Numbered from the stretch's first letter, positions 12,910-26,083 are shown. The stretch is 64,000 nucleotides of DNA from Azolla caroliniana (GCA_043228905.1 JBHGNT010000004.1:10292001-10356000); one strand, 5' to 3'. The notes: generated by a model from the letters alone, not told the origin. Numbers and translations: made by a program.

Positions 12910-15900
12910 ATGGACAATTCATTTGGCGGCATGTTCAAGCTCACCGGCTCCAACTATTCAGTGTGGAAGTTGAAGATGAGGGGCATGCTCGTGGTTAAAG
13001 ACCTCTGGTTGCCGGTTCAGTTCGGGGACAAGAGGCCAGACAAAATTGACGCCGCAATATGGGAGGTGATGCACATGAAGACAACGGCGTACATACGGTG
13101 CTTCATCGACATGAGCCTGTACAACAACTTCAATGAGGAGAGCAAGGCTCATGAGCTCTGGGAGAAGATCGGCATAATGTTTCAGAACAAAAATGCTGTC
13201 AATCAGGTTTCGGTATTCCGGAAGCTAGTAAGACTCCGGTACCAAGATGGCTCCAGCATGGCGGAGCACATGAATGCCTTCTAGGGGCTGATCCACCAGG
13301 CAACTTCATTGGAAGTACCTCTCGCCGATGAGGTACTTGCGCTACTCCTGCTCGGTTCCCTCCCGGACAGCTGGGAGACGTTGGTTGTCACTTTGGGCAA
13401 CACCGGGCCGGAAGGAAAGCGGTTATCCCTAGCAAGAGTAATGTCGAGCTTGCTAGATGAGGAGGCACGTCGAAAAGGTAAAGATACGAGCTCCGACTCC
13501 AAAGCGCTCCTTACCGAATCAGAACGCGGAAGACATAGAAACCGTAGTCCCCAGAACCGGGAGAAGTCGGGGACACGGTCAAAGTCAAGGGGGAGGCCCA
13601 CTTGCTTCTATTGCGGCAAGGCGGGACACTTCCAAAAGAACTGTCGGCATTTCCGAAAAGATAAGGAGACTGACGGTACCGATTCGAAGCGAAACCCGGA
13701 CCGGAAGGGAACGACGGCAATCGCGGCAAGTGAAGAGGAGTTGAAGCTCATCACCGAGGAGAGTGAGATAAACCTTGCCGGCGACGAGATGACCTGGGTG
13801 GTAGACTCCAGAGCGTTGTTCCACCTTACCCCGGACCGGAAATGCTTCTCATCCTACTCAGCCGGTGATCACGGCTGTGTCCGGATAGGGAATGAAGGTA
13901 CATGCCGAATTGTCGGCATAGGAGACGTGTGGCTGTCAACACCAACCGGATGCAAGTGGCTGCTGAGTGATGTCCGACACGTTCCGGAGGTTCGACTGAA
14001 CCTGATATCAGCCGGTCAGCTAGATGATGAGGGCTACACGGGTAGCATCCGGGCCGGTGTCATGAAGTTCAGCAAAGGGAGCCTGATTGTGGCTCGGGCC
14101 CGGGAGGTAAACACATTGTACCTGATGAATGCCCGGTTATGCCCGGAAGAAGTGAACATAGCATCCGACACTGCCGGTGAGCTGTGGCACAAGAGGCTGT
14201 GTCACATGAGCGAGAAGGGGATGAAGAGGCTTGCAGACCTCATTCCAGTGAAGAACGTGCACTTAGAGAAGTGCACTGATTGTCTGGCTGGTAAACAGAA
14301 CCGGACCTCCTTCCGACCAAGGCCACCGATGAGACGTAATGCACCACTGGAGTTGGTGCATACGGATGTGTGTCAAGTAGAGACGAAGTCACATGCTGGA
14401 GCGCAGTACTTCGTGACGTTCATAGATGACCACAGCCGGAAGCTGTGGGCCACACCGTTGAAGATGAAGGATCAGGTGTTATCCGTCTTCAAAGAGCTCC
14501 ACGCGAGAGTGGAAAGAGAAACCGGCCGGAAGTTGAAGGTGGTTCGAGCAGATAACGGAGGAGAATACCGGGGGCAGTTCGAGGAGTACTGCCGCTGGAA
14601 GGGAATCCAGCTCGAATTTACGGTGCCGAAGACGCCGGAACTAAACGGATTGGCCGAGAGGATGAACCGGACCATAATGGAGAGGGTCCGGAGTATGCTA
14701 GCGCATGCAAGACTACCCAAGAAGTTTTGGGCTGAGGCACTGTTGACAGCGACATACGTGATAAACAGATCACCCTTAGTACCCTTGGACAGAGACACGC
14801 CACAGAGAGTTTGGACCGGTAAGGAAGTATCCTACCAACATCTGAAGGTGTTCGGGTGTCTCGCGTATGTGCATGTAGCTAAGGACCAGAGAGGAAAGTT
14901 GGATCCAAAGACCCGGCCATGCATATTCCTCGGTTACGATGACGATGAGTTCGGCTACCGAGTGTGGGACCTAGTCGACAAGAAGGTATTCCGGAGTCGA
15001 GATATTATCTTCATGGAGAACAAGACGGTCGCCGACTGGGAGTCCGAGAAGAAGATAATGAACTCCGAGTCGACCGGTAAGGATCGACTCTATGATGAGC
15101 AGACCCAACCGGCAAGAGACCGGTTAGCACTCGAGGGACCAACCGGTTACAGTGAGGATACCGAACAGGCTGAAGAAGAAGTAGAGGAAGCTGAAACCGG
15201 AACCGGCCAAGACCCTGAATCAGATTCGGATGAAGAGCAGATGGATGAGCCGGTCACCGAAGCCCAGAGACGGAGATATCCTCTCAGAGAGAGAAGGGCA
15301 CCCCGGAGATTTCCGGATGCAGAGCATGTTCTGCTGACCGATGAGGTGGAGCTGGAAAGCTTCGAAGAAGCGAAGGAAGACACCCACAACCGAAAATGGT
15401 TAAGTGCCATGCAGGATGAGATGGATTCCCTGCATGAGAACCATACATACGAATTGGTGGAGTTGCCGAAAGGAAAGCGGGCACTCCAAAACAAGTGGGT
15501 GTACAAGTTGAAACCGGGAGATGCCGGCAACCCCCCGAGATACAAAGCTAGGATCGTGGTGAAGGGGTTCCAGCAGAAGAAGGGTGTGGACTTCGACGAG
15601 ATATTTGCCCCGGTAGTAAAGATGACCTCCATCTGGACGGTGCTGAGTATAGCGGCAAGCATGGACCTCGAGGTGGAACATCTGGACGTGAAGACGACAT
15701 TCCTTCAAGGCGACCTCGAAGAGGACATCTACATGCAGCAACCGGAGGGATTTGTGGAGAAAGGGAAGGAGCACCTGGTATGCCGGTTGAAGAAGAGCCT
15801 CTACGGGTTGAAGCAGGCCCCCCGGCAATGGTACCGGATGTTTGACTCCTTCATGACCGATCAAGGGTACCACAAGACGCAGGCCGATCACAGCGTGTTT

Positions 15901-16920
15901 GTGAAGAAGTTTGAAGGAGGCGACTTCCTAATACTCCTTCTGTACGTGGATGACATGTTGATCGTCGGACGTGACCAAGTCAAAATACGGATGCTGAAGA
16001 AGGCTCTCAACCGGACCTTCTCAATGAAAGACTTGTGTCTGGCAAGACAGATGCTGGGGATGCACATCATTCGGGACTGGTCAAAGAAGCAATTATGGCT
16101 GTCACAGGAGAAGTACGTGACAAAGGTGCTTCACCGATTCAACATGTCAGAAGCGAAACCGGTCGGATTGACACTTCCGGCAAACTGCAGGCTATCCGGT
16201 AAGCAGAGCCCGAAGACGAAAGCAGAGAAGGCGGATATGATGAAGATTCCATATGCCTCTGCCGTCGGGGGCTTGATGTACGCAATGGTGTGTACCCGAC
16301 CGGATATAGGATACACAATCGGAGTGGTGAGCCGGTTTATTAGCAATCCCAGCAAGGAGCACTGGAACGCGGTCAAATGGATACTCCGGTATTTGAAGGG
16401 CACTTCAAATATGTGTCTCCGATTCGGCTCCGGAAAACCTTAACTAGACGGTTTCACCGATTCGGACATGTCGGCTGATGTGGATACCAGTCGGTCTACA
16501 TTCGGGTATGTAATGACATATGCAGGGGGAGCTGTTTCGTGGCAGTCGAGGCTGTAGAAGACGGTTGCATTGTCAACCACAGAGGCGGAGTACATGGCGG
16601 CTGTGGAAGCTGGCAAGGAAATATTATGGATGAAGGACATCATCGGAGAGCTCGGTATCCGGCAAGAGGAATACCGACTCTATTGTGACAGTCAAAGTGC
16701 CATCCACCTTGCTAAGAATGCGGCCTACCATTCCCGGACGAAGCATATCCAGCGGAGGTATCACTGGATCCGGGAAAGAGTAGATGACCAGGAGTTCGCA
16801 TTGACGAAGATCCACACGGCCGAGAACGGGTCAGATATGCTGACCAAAGTGCTGACACCCGACAAGCTGGACTCATGCCGGAAGAGGATCGGACTGGTGA
16901 GACACCCCATGCCGGAGTGA
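12910..16920 (+). pseudogene. gag-pol: copia C gag-pol with in-frame premature stops (13282, 16441, 16555)
   Basis: ORFs 12853-13284, 13309-16443 and 16570-16920 share one frame. CFYCGKAGHFQKNC, WVVDS, LWHKRLCH, ADNGGEY, YVDDML, KHIQRRYH. Confidence 0.93.
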
Positions 16921-16989
16921 AGGGGGAGTTTGTTGGGAGACAGGTTCCTCCGGATGGGAAGGGAGAAGAACAATGCTGATGAACGGCCG

Positions 16990-17320
16990 AAACCGTATGA
17001 GGAGTACTAGGCTACGGAGAGCCGGATGGTGCAGACCCGGTATGAACCAGATGAGGAGTACCCGGCTACGGAGAGCCGGATGGTGCAGACCCGGTATGAA
17101 CCAGATGAGGAGTACCCGACTACGGAGAGCCGGATGGTGCAGACCTGGTATGAACCGGATGAGTACCCGGCTACGGAGAGCCGGATGGTATAGACCCGGT
17201 ATGAACCGGATGAGGAGTACCCGGCTATGGAGAGCCGGATGGTGCAGACCCGGTATGAACCGGATGAGGAGTACCCAGCTACAGAGAGCCGGATGGTACA
17301 GACCCGGTGAGAACCGGATG
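16990..17320 (+). repeat. 54-bp tandem repeat in U3 of the C-family LTR (6 copies here, 3 in the 5' LTR)
   Basis: Unit ATGAACCGGATGAGGAGTACCCGGCTACGGAGAGCCGGATGGTGCAGACCCGGT; also at ~12255-12420, ~45350-45512 and ~49705-49810. Confidence 0.92.
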
Positions 17321-17780
17321 AAGAGACATATTCGTAAATATGTTTCTGAGAGTCCATCGAGGCTATATTTGTAAATAGCCGAAAAGTCATATTAGTATAA
17401 GCATGACTTAGGGCAAACTTTTAAAAACTGTTGGTTGTTATTATTATTTCTTGTCCGCGTGAGATTAGACCGCGTAACTGTGTACAGAGAGTGAGAGAGA
17501 AAGAGGTCATTGCCTCTGTTGTAACCGCCGCCTGTGGCGAGGATCGTGAGCACAAGGTCGTTGCCTCCGTGAACTCACTGTTGTACATTCTAGCATAGTG
17601 ATAGTTTGCAGCCTGTGGGCTGCCGTGGTTTTTCCCTCTTTGGGCTTTCCACGTAAACATTCTGTGCACTTGTTTTCTTCTTCGTGTCGTACATTTATTT
17701 CCCGTTTGTCTGTGTATGATTCTAAGTTCGGTTGTGGCCGAGCGTTGCGTATGGGGAGCGCTTGAGTTTCCGTCAAATCG

Positions 17781-19295
17781 GACTCCTCACTGTTCGTTCG
17801 GAAAGGTCAACTCGGGCCGGTCAATATTTTACTCCGTGTTGATGACTTGGTCATCACTAACGCTGACCTAGGTGAAATCAAACGATTGAAGCTCCAGCTT
17901 GCAGCATCGTTCGACATGAAGGATCTGGGGGACCTTCAGTACTTCCTCGGGATCGAAGTGATACGCACCCCCGAAGGCATACTGACCAGTCAACGTCATT
18001 ACACATTGAATATGCTCTTCAAATTCGGGATGGCAGACTGTAAGTCCATCTCAACTCCTCTTGATAGAACCGTCAAGCTTCGCCCCAATTCCGGGAAGGT
18101 GTGCGACCCGACGAGGTTCCGACAAATTGTCGAAAGCCTTATTTACTTGACAATCACCCGACCCGATCTCAGTTATCCGGTCGGGGTGATCAGTCAGTTT
18201 ATGGCACGACCTACCGAGGAGCACCTTCAATGTGCACAACACGTACTGCGGTACGTAAGCCGCACTAAGGACCGGGGACTGCTATATCGAACCGGTATAG
18301 CCCCGCAGTTGGTCGGCTACCCCGATGCCGACTGGGCCGACAACATCGCCTATCGCCAATCCACGTCCAGATATGCGTTCTCTCTTGGGAGTGCCGCGAT
18401 AGTGTGGAGTAGCAAGAAACAGCCGACAGTTGCACTGTCAAGCACCGAAGCTGAGTATAAAGGAGCGGCTATCGCGACATGCGAAGCAATATGGTTGAAG
18501 CGGCTACTTAAGGATCTGCAGGTGGAGGTGTCCGATCCAACAACTATCTACTGCGACAACCTCAGCAGCATCCAGCTCACGAAGAACCCCGTTTTTCACG
18601 CCCAGACTAAGCACATTGAGGTGCACTACCATTTTGTTTGTGAGCGTGTTCTCTTCGGTGAAGTTGAACTTTAGTATGTTCCGACAGATCAGCAGACCGC
18701 CAACATCTTCACCAAGCCTCTTGGACTGAACAAGTTGCGGCAATTCTTGGTTGCGCTTGGGTTGCGTCACCTCGACGTGCCAAACTTGAGGGGGAGAGAA
18801 TACCGTAACGGAAGGGGGAGAGACGACCGCGACGCCGAGTCTGATGACGAATTCGATTTCGGATCGGCTGAAGAAGCTGAGGGCGGATCCGCGGAAGAGT
18901 CCGAAAGCGGACATAAGGGGAGTAGCCGGAAGAAAGAGCCAGAGCCAACCAAGCATGGGGGAGATGACGTTGTTAAGGGCGAGAAGACCGAAGACGAGTT
19001 GGAGACAGCCAACCCGGATGAGAGCGAAAAGCGATCGGAGGTAGCCGAGTCGGTTCAGATGTTTGATTCGGATACACTGAATCAACCGAGGTCCAAGTGA
19101 AAAAGAATGCAGCAGAAGAAGCGCCAACACTACGACAACAAGGGAGTTTTGAAGGGCCGTACCGACCGGAAGGGTCGAAACGCACGGAGTCGAACATGCC
19201 GAGGAGCGCGAGCGAGGCATGGAGCCAGGATGAACCGGAGCGGTGATCCGAAAGATCCCAAAGAGCCTCAAGTTGAGCTTGAGGGGGAGTGTTGA
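17781..19295 (+). pseudogene. pol: copia B RT C-part, RNase H and a ~165-aa C-terminal extension running to the LTR
   Basis: FDMKDLGDL, WSSKKQ, KHIEVHYHF. The frame continues through 18735-19100 and 19107-19295; the final stop TGA lies inside the LTR. Confidence 0.88.
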
Positions 19296-19861
19296 GAGAC
19301 AAGCTCAACATCGTCCGGATCGGCTGAGCAAGCCGAGGACCGGATCGGTTGGGACTGATCGGTTAGGCTGGACCGGTGCGTAAAACGGATGCGTAAACCG
19401 GTACACAAACCGGTGCGTAGAAAGGTCGTATCGGTGCGTAAACCGAAAGGCCGTTAGAAAGATATTCCTCGTAAGGAATAGTTTTGGGAGTAAGAGTCGA
19501 GGCTCATTTATGAGTAGTCAAGTACTGTCAGTACTTGTGTCAGCCCGATTGTCAAGGCTTGTATAAAAGTGCTCACTGAGCACATCCTATGTACAGATTG
19601 AGTATTATCTTTTTGAATTAAGTTCTTGTGTTTACTCTCGCTCTCAATCTCTCCTGTGCGTATTGTGCAAACCTAAGCTTTCCATTAAACCTGTATTTTC
19701 TGTTGTTCGGTTTTCTATATTGCTTTCGCACGCAATTCTTTTCATATAGTGACAATCCTAGGGCAACTGCCCTTTGTGATATTTATAGAAATAGCCCGAA
19801 CTTGGGTTTTCCAAGGGGACAGTGTGAATACGGCCATTATACACTCATATTCGACATTGGT

Positions 19862-20201
19862 CAGCCTACTAACTGTTTGGATTCTATGGAAACAATGGTT
19901 TAGACGGGTCTTCTCCAACCAAACCGTGCATCCAGTAATGTTAATGCAAGAGATATGGAGTGAAGTTGTAGCCACTCTAAAGAGCCAATACGATTGCCTG
20001 AAGGGCAGCTCCAATGGAGTCGAAGACAATGACTAGCCTTAATACAACACTAGCCGTCCTCTCCTTTTCTTGAGTGTGTGTCCACATAAGATGGAACTAT
20101 CGCGTCCCTACAAGGATTTATATATAACACTATCATTTGAAAAATTTTATAAGTAATGGAAGGAGTTTTGTTTTTGGAAATAAAAACAAAACCAAAAGAA
20201 A
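19862..20201 (+). mobile_element. 3' end of the same LINE (ORF2 C-terminus, 3' UTR, A-rich tail remnant)
   Basis: Removing A and one TTGGT copy gives ...SWNW/WELVSLLTVWILWKQWFRRVF, the WxIWK-type motif that follows zf-RVT in plant L1s. Stop at 20034-20036; AATAAA at 20179-20184 followed by an A-rich run to 20201. Confidence 0.7.
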
Positions 20202-20654
20202 TGTTAGTTAGCAAGGGATGCCATGATCATGATCAACTAATACGTTGTTTTAGTATTGTAATAGGGCTAAATATGAAGACGTCTATTAAATAGCATAAAA
20301 GATATGTACCCTGACATTTTGATGCTACATTGTTAGTATTGCCTCATAAAATGTCATAATATTCTTGTAGAAAGTAGCGTGTGGAAGCAGGTATGAAGAT
20401 GGAACAGAAGGAAGAAAACTCAGGTTTAATGGAGAGCTTGAGCTTACGCAGTATACGCGGGAGAGACAGAGAGAGAGAGTGAGAGAGAACATACAAAACT
20501 ATATTCAACAACAAAATCTCGATTCACTACTCTATACATACGTATGTTCCATGAACACTTTTATACAAGTCCTCGAAGGACTGTCTGAAGTACTGACAGT
20601 ACTTCAAGGCTCATTAAGAGCTCCTACACTAACTCCCAAATATATTCCTCACGG

Positions 20655-21326
20655 AATATCTTTCCTAACGGCCTCCCGGTTTACGCACTCGGCCTAACCG
20701 ATCGGTCCCAACCGATCCAGTCCTCGGCTTCTTCAGCCGATCCGGCCGATGTTGAGCTTGACTCTCAACAATTCTTTCCAACTCACATGTGGAAATATGA
20801 TTCGTAAACAAATTTGTTATTGTGCATGCTCTCAAAATGAAACATTCAAAAAATGTTCTTGATGAATGCAACATCATATGTGTTGAGAACTAGGTCCCTT
20901 GCATATGGGCCAAATTCGGGACGAAGGAAAATGTAAATAGGTTAGAGTTAAGCTTACTTAGGCTAGTTATGTAAATAGCTCGAAAGTTATCTAAGTATAA
21001 AGATAACTAGGGCAAACCTTATGTCAATGAGAAAATCTATTTCCTCTTGTTCACTGTCTAGTTGAATGGGTAACTAAGTACAACATGTGCGAGTTTGTTG
21101 CCTCCATAGCCAGAACAGACGAAGCGTTTGAGAGTGAGAGAGACACTGAGAGTGCCTTTGCTGTAACCGTCGGTCGACAAAGTGAATGAACTCAGGTCAG
21201 TGCCTGTGTGTTCGTTTCGTTGTATATCTCTCTTGTAGTGATCTGTTTGGTGTTTATGGGCACCCGTGGTTTTTTACCCTATTTGGGGTTTTCCATGATA
21301 TATATTGTGCACATATACTTTTCAAG
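20655..21326 (+). repeat. Direct duplication of 26445-27116 (D LTR end + ATTCT + spacer + partial E LTR 20881-21326)
   Basis: Near-identical at offset 5790, with only a few transitions. Confidence 0.9.
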
Positions 21327-21437
21327 GAATATCTTTCCTAACGGTCTCCCGGTTTACACACTCGGCCTAACCGATCGGTCCCAACCGATCCAGTCCTGAG
21401 CTTCTTCAGCCGATCCGGCCGATGTTGAGCTTGTCTC

Positions 21438-24400
21438 TCAACACTCCCCCTCAAGCTCATTATGAGGCTCGTCAGGATCCTCGGGCTCACAGCTCCGGTT
21501 CCTCCTGGCTTCACGCCTCGCTCGCGCTCCTCGACCTGTTCGACTCCGCGTGCTTTGACCCTTCCGGTCGGCTTGTCTGCTCATGCGGCCCTTATCAACT
21601 CTTCTGCTGTTGCGGTGTTGACGCTTCTCCTGCTGCCTTTTCTTCCGCTTGGGCCTCGGTTGATTCAGCATATCTGAATCAAACATCCGAACCGACTCGG
21701 CTACCTCCGATCAGTTTTCGCTCTCGTCCGAGTTGGCTGTCTCCAACTCATCTTCGGTCTTCTCGCCCTCGATGGCGTCATCTTCCCAATTCGTGGTTGA
21801 CTTCGTCTCTCTCCTTCGGCTGCTCCCCTTTTGTCCGCTTCCGGACTTTTCCGCGGGTCCCTCGACAACCGAGTCAACAGCCGAGTCAACCGACTCGGTG
21901 TCGCGGCCTCTGCTCCGTTCCTACTGCTTTGCTTGGGTTCTCCCCCTCAAGTTCGGCACATCGAGGTGACGCAATCCGAGCGCACCTGAGAATTGCCGCA
22001 ACTTGTCCAGACCAAGAGGCTTGGTGAAGATGTCGGCAGTCTGCCGATCCGTCGGCACGTACTGAAGTTCGACTTCACCGGAAAGAACACGCTCACGGAC
22101 GAAATGGTAGTGCACCTCAATGTGCTTGGTCCGTGCGTGGAAAACGGGGTTTTTCGCGAGCTGAATGCTGCTGAGGTTATCGAAGTAGATCATCATCGGA
22201 TTTGACACCTCCTCTTGCAGGTCCTTAAGTAGCCGCTTCAACCATATGGCTTCGCATGTCGCGACAGCCGCTCCTCGGTACTCAGCTTTGGTGCTCGACA
22301 GTGCAACTGTCGGCTGCTTCTTACTGCTCCACGCGATCGTGGCACTCCCGAGAGAGAACGCGTATCCGGACGTGGATCGGCGATCGGCGGCGTTGCCAGC
22401 CCAATCAATTGCACCGGTCCGATATAGTAGTCCCCGGTCCTTAGTGCCGTTGACATACCGAAGTATGCGTTGCGCACACTGAAGGTGCTCCTCAGTAGGT
22501 CGCGCCATGAACTGACTGATCACCCCGACCGGATAACTGAGGTCGGGTCGGGTGATGGTCAAGTATATGAGGCTTCCAACAATTTGTCGGAACCTCATTG
22601 GGTCGCATACCTTTCCCGTATCAGGATGAAGCTTGACGGTTCTGTCCAGAGGAGTCGAGACGGACTTATAGTCGGCCATCCCGAATTTGAAGAGCATACT
22701 CAGCACGTAATGACGTTGGCTAATCATTATGCCTTTGGGGGTACGGATCACTTCAATCCCGAGGAAGTAATGAAGGTCCCCCAAATCCTTCATGTCGAAC
22801 GATGCCGCAAACTGGAGCTTCACACGGTCGATTTCACGTAGGTCGACGCCGGTGATGACCAAGTCATCAACATATAGTAAAATACTAACCGGTCCGAGTC
22901 GGCCTTTCCGGATGAACAGGGAAGAGTCTGATTTTGACGTGACGAAGCTCATCCGACGCAGTTGTTGCGTGATCTTCGCGTTCCCGGAGTGAAATCAGGG
23001 GGGCTGTACCATGTACACCTGTTCCTCAAGGTCACCTTGCAGGAACGCATTCTTTACATCCATCTGATGTAAGTGCCACCCCTTCACGGACGGTCGTCAT
23101 TTTTCGCGACCGGCGCAAACGTCTCATCGTAGTCGATGCCGTGTTTCTACGCGTAGCCCTTTGCCACAAGCCGAGCCTTGTACCGGTTGACCGAGCCATC
23201 GGTGTTGTACTTGACTTTGTACACCCATCTACACCCGATCGGCTTCACACCCTTCGGTGCGTCAACCAAGTCCTAGGTCTCGTTCTCCGCCAATGCGTGC
23301 ATCTCTTCCTCCATCACGGTGCGCCAATTCGCGTCTTTAGGCGCTTCTACGTAGCTCTCCGGCTCACGCACTTCGGCTACACGGGTCATGTACGCATAAT
23401 GATGCGCCATGTACTCGTTGTATCTGAACCGCAAGACAGGGTTCTTCTGGTGGGTAGATCAACGTAATCTTACATTAGCCGATGTCGAGGCCTTCTCAGT
23501 CGACGCGGACTTCACCTTTAAAGACCTGTCACCGGTTCCCTCGGAGTCGGACTCATGTCGGTCTGACTCCTTCCTATCCGTGCTGGAATCCAACAGCTTC
23601 TTCTTCCCTTTCTCTTTGCGCATAAGCCGTCTCCTCGGCTTCCTGCGCGGGGAATGCACGGTCGAGTCTCCACTACTCGCCGGCTCTTCATCCGACTGAT
23701 CGTACCGACTCAGTCGTCCAATCGGTCCACTTAAACAGAGTGAAATCAGACTCTCTTCGCGGGTCTCGATTTCGAGCTCAACCGGAGGCATCTCGGCCTC
23801 GCTGTCCTCATCGTCAGAGCACGGATTGGAGTCGGGGGCTGGTACCAGGACGCGGACTCGTCAACCACAACGTCGCGGCTAACACGCGCTTGTTTGGTGC
23901 GAGGGTTATAGCACTTATAACCCTTCTGCTCGTCCGAGTAACCAACCATGATGCATTTCTTGGCCTTTGCGTCCAACTTCCTCCTTTTCTCCTTCGGTAC
24001 ATGCACATACGCAATGCTACCGAACACCCTCAAGTGTCGTAAGTTCGGCTTCATTCCGAAATATAGCTCGTGCGCCGACACTTTGTCTCCAATCCGGTTC
24101 TGGATGTATACCGCGGTCCTTACCGCCTCAGCCTAGTAGAACTTGGGCAAGCTCTTCTCCTCCAGCATTGCCCGTGCCGCTTCCACAACTGACCGATTCT
24201 TCCTCTCGGCCACGCCGTTCTGCTCCGGCGTGTATCTACAACTAAATTCGCGCCGAATTCCCATTTGTTGTAGATAACCGTTGAATTGACCGGAAAAGTA
24301 CTCTTTCCCGCCATCCGACCGCAGGCACTTGATCTTTCGTCCCGTTTCCGTTTCCACGAACCCTTTGAGGTCCCGGAAACAGTCGAAGACTTCGCTCTTC

Positions 24401-26083
24401 CTCTCAATGAGATAGATCCACGTGTGCCACGTGTGGTCATCGATGAAGGAGACGAAATATCGGCTCCCGCCAAGACTAACGTTTTGTGTCGGCCCCCACA
24501 CATCGGAGTGTATAAGGTCAAGCTTGTTCCGGCTCCGGTTTCACTTGTTGGGGAAAGGAAGTCGGTGTTGCTTCCCGAGCTGGCAGGCTTCACAAATTTG
24601 TGCCTTCGGCCACTAAATTTGGGCAATCAGAACACTACCTGTTTCGATTGCAAATCTTGAAGCTGCTGGTAGTTGATGTGGCCTATCCGCTTGTGCCACA
24701 AGTCGATGTCCGACTGGGGTTTTTGTCCCTTCGCGAACATTGCGGTGCCGCCGTCAGTTGAGTCGAGGATGAACATCATCCCGTCTCTGCGCCCTTGCGC
24801 AAGCACACGGCCTTCTTCCTCAATGAAGCACCCGAGGTGTGTAAACCGAACCTCCATCCCTTGGTCGACGATCTGTCCGACCGAGACCAAGTTCTTCGTG
24901 ATTGTCGGAACGTGCAACATGTTCATGAGTTTCCCTTTCTACCCGACATGGCTAAGGGGAACTTCTCCGACATTCGCGATCGGATGCGAAGTGTCGTCTC
25001 CAGTTGCAACTACTCCAAGTTGTATCGGTTTTTCGAGGTACGAGAACCACTCCTTATGGCTCGTCATGTGGTATGACGCGCTGGAGTCTACGTACCACAC
25101 CTCGTCCGATCTCGGGATGATGCGTTTCATTGACTTTGCTTCGTGTCTCGTTACGAAGGCAGACCCTTCTCTGGCTCTCCCGGAGTCTTCGGCGTAGTGT
25201 GATCGCTGCCGATTTCCCTTGTCGTTATGTCCGGAGCCGTTTCCGGAACCGGTTCTCTCTGAATCGGCGCGCTTCTTCCAGCACTCACTTTCCCTATGGC
25301 CTTTCTTGCCACAGTACCAACACTCCGCGATGGCCTTCCCTTGCCGGTTCTCATCGCTTCGACTCCCCCTGTTTCCGGAGGGTCCGGAGTTGCCGTCGGC
25401 ATCACTTCGGTGCCTTCTTCCTTGATTTCGTCGATTGCCTCCATTGCGCGCCGACTCGCCTCGTCCTCCATGTACAACATTCTACTGTCGGTGTGCGTGC
25501 TTGTAGACGCACCCGCGTGGTTCTCCTCCACCAGGAGCATTGACTGTAAGTCGAAAAAGGACGGCGTATTCTCCCGGGTACACACAGCTGTTCGGAACGC
25601 TCCGAACTTCGACGCCAAACCTCCGAGATAGATCTGGACCATCTCGCTCTCCTCGATGTTCACCTCTATGGAGGCGAGGGAGTCACAGATATCCTTGATC
25701 TTCGAGGTATAGTCCGCCACCGACAAGTCGCGTTGTCGTAGGTTGCTCAACTCTTGTCGGAGCTGAAGCTTCCTGGCTGTGGTGCTCGCGGCGAAAATCT
25801 TCTTCAGATTTTCCCACGCACCCTTTGGCGTCTTTGCATCCTGAACATAGCTCAATAGTTGTTCGCCCACACACGACGCGAAGCAGTACAATACCCTGCT
25901 CGCCGATTGCTCCCACAATGGGAAGTCTCTATGTGTCGATTTAGGTGTCGTGTCCTTAGCTCCTTCGACATAACTCCAGTAGCCGTGCCTGAGCAAGTAC
26001 TGGTGCATCTTGTAAGACCAAGACGCGTAGTTGGTTCTGTCGAGCTTCTCTGTTGGAAGCGAGCTCGCCATGCCTCTATCCAT
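21438..26083 (-). pseudogene. gag-pol: copia D gag-pol (fragmented) including the C-terminal extension
   Basis: ORFs 25151-26083 (gag), 24939-25130 (PR, WYVDSS), 24133-24501 (IN, SDGGKEY), 21921-22952 (RT-RH) and 21438-21686 (extension). Confidence 0.9.

Larger units (their letters stand above)
12196..17775 (+). mobile_element. Ty1/copia element C (Tnt1/Tork-like family C/L/E/F), full-length, inserted in the RT of B
   Basis: LTRs 12196-12881 and 16931-17775. TSD AATCG at 12191-12195 and 17776-17780. Degenerate Met PBS 12884-12895; PPT AGGGGGAG at 16921-16928. Confidence 0.96.
9421..19744 (+). mobile_element. Ty1/copia element B (family B/D/J), inserted in the 5' LTR of A; integrase core deleted
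   Basis: LTRs 9421-9875 and 19290-19744 (455 bp each). TSD TATAG at 9416-9420 and 19745-19749. PBS TGGTATCAGAGC 9876-9887; PPT TTGAGGGGGAG 19279-19289. About 1 kb is deleted at ~11212 relative to J and D. Confidence 0.96.
3074..19856 (-). mobile_element. Ty1/copia LTR retrotransposon A (Tnt1/Tork-like), degenerate, hosting T1, B and C
   Basis: 3' LTR 3074-3379; 5' LTR split into 9223-9420 + 19750-19856 (about 305 bp, TG..CA). TSD TTGGT at 3069-3073 and 19857-19861. Met-type PBS (rc of GCTTTGATACCA, 9209-9220); PPT rc at 3380-3386. Confidence 0.95.

Noticed and set aside
16990-17320. Regular repeats resembling a CRISPR array or a repeat-protein ORF (16973-17374)
   Set aside because: They are head-to-tail 54-bp units with no unique spacers, lying inside an LTR. 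The ORF is open because the unit is 18 codons without a stop.
18504-19271. Long antisense ORFs (also 10329-11042, 57048-57761, 58958-59653)
   Set aside because: These are shadow ORFs of GC-rich TE coding sequence, with no recognisable domains and inconsistent boundaries between copies.
18798-19295. env-like extra ORF in family B/D/J
   Set aside because: It is in frame with pol, highly charged, and has no hydrophobic signal or transmembrane stretch.
20202-20360. Possible host gene fragment in the AT-rich spacer
   Set aside because: It is too short, and no ORF or splice structure can be supported.
20366-20770. Apparent independent solo LTR with a perfect ATTCT TSD
   Set aside because: The same TSD bounds element D and the downstream flank is duplicated. 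It is better explained as part of D's rearranged 3' LTR.
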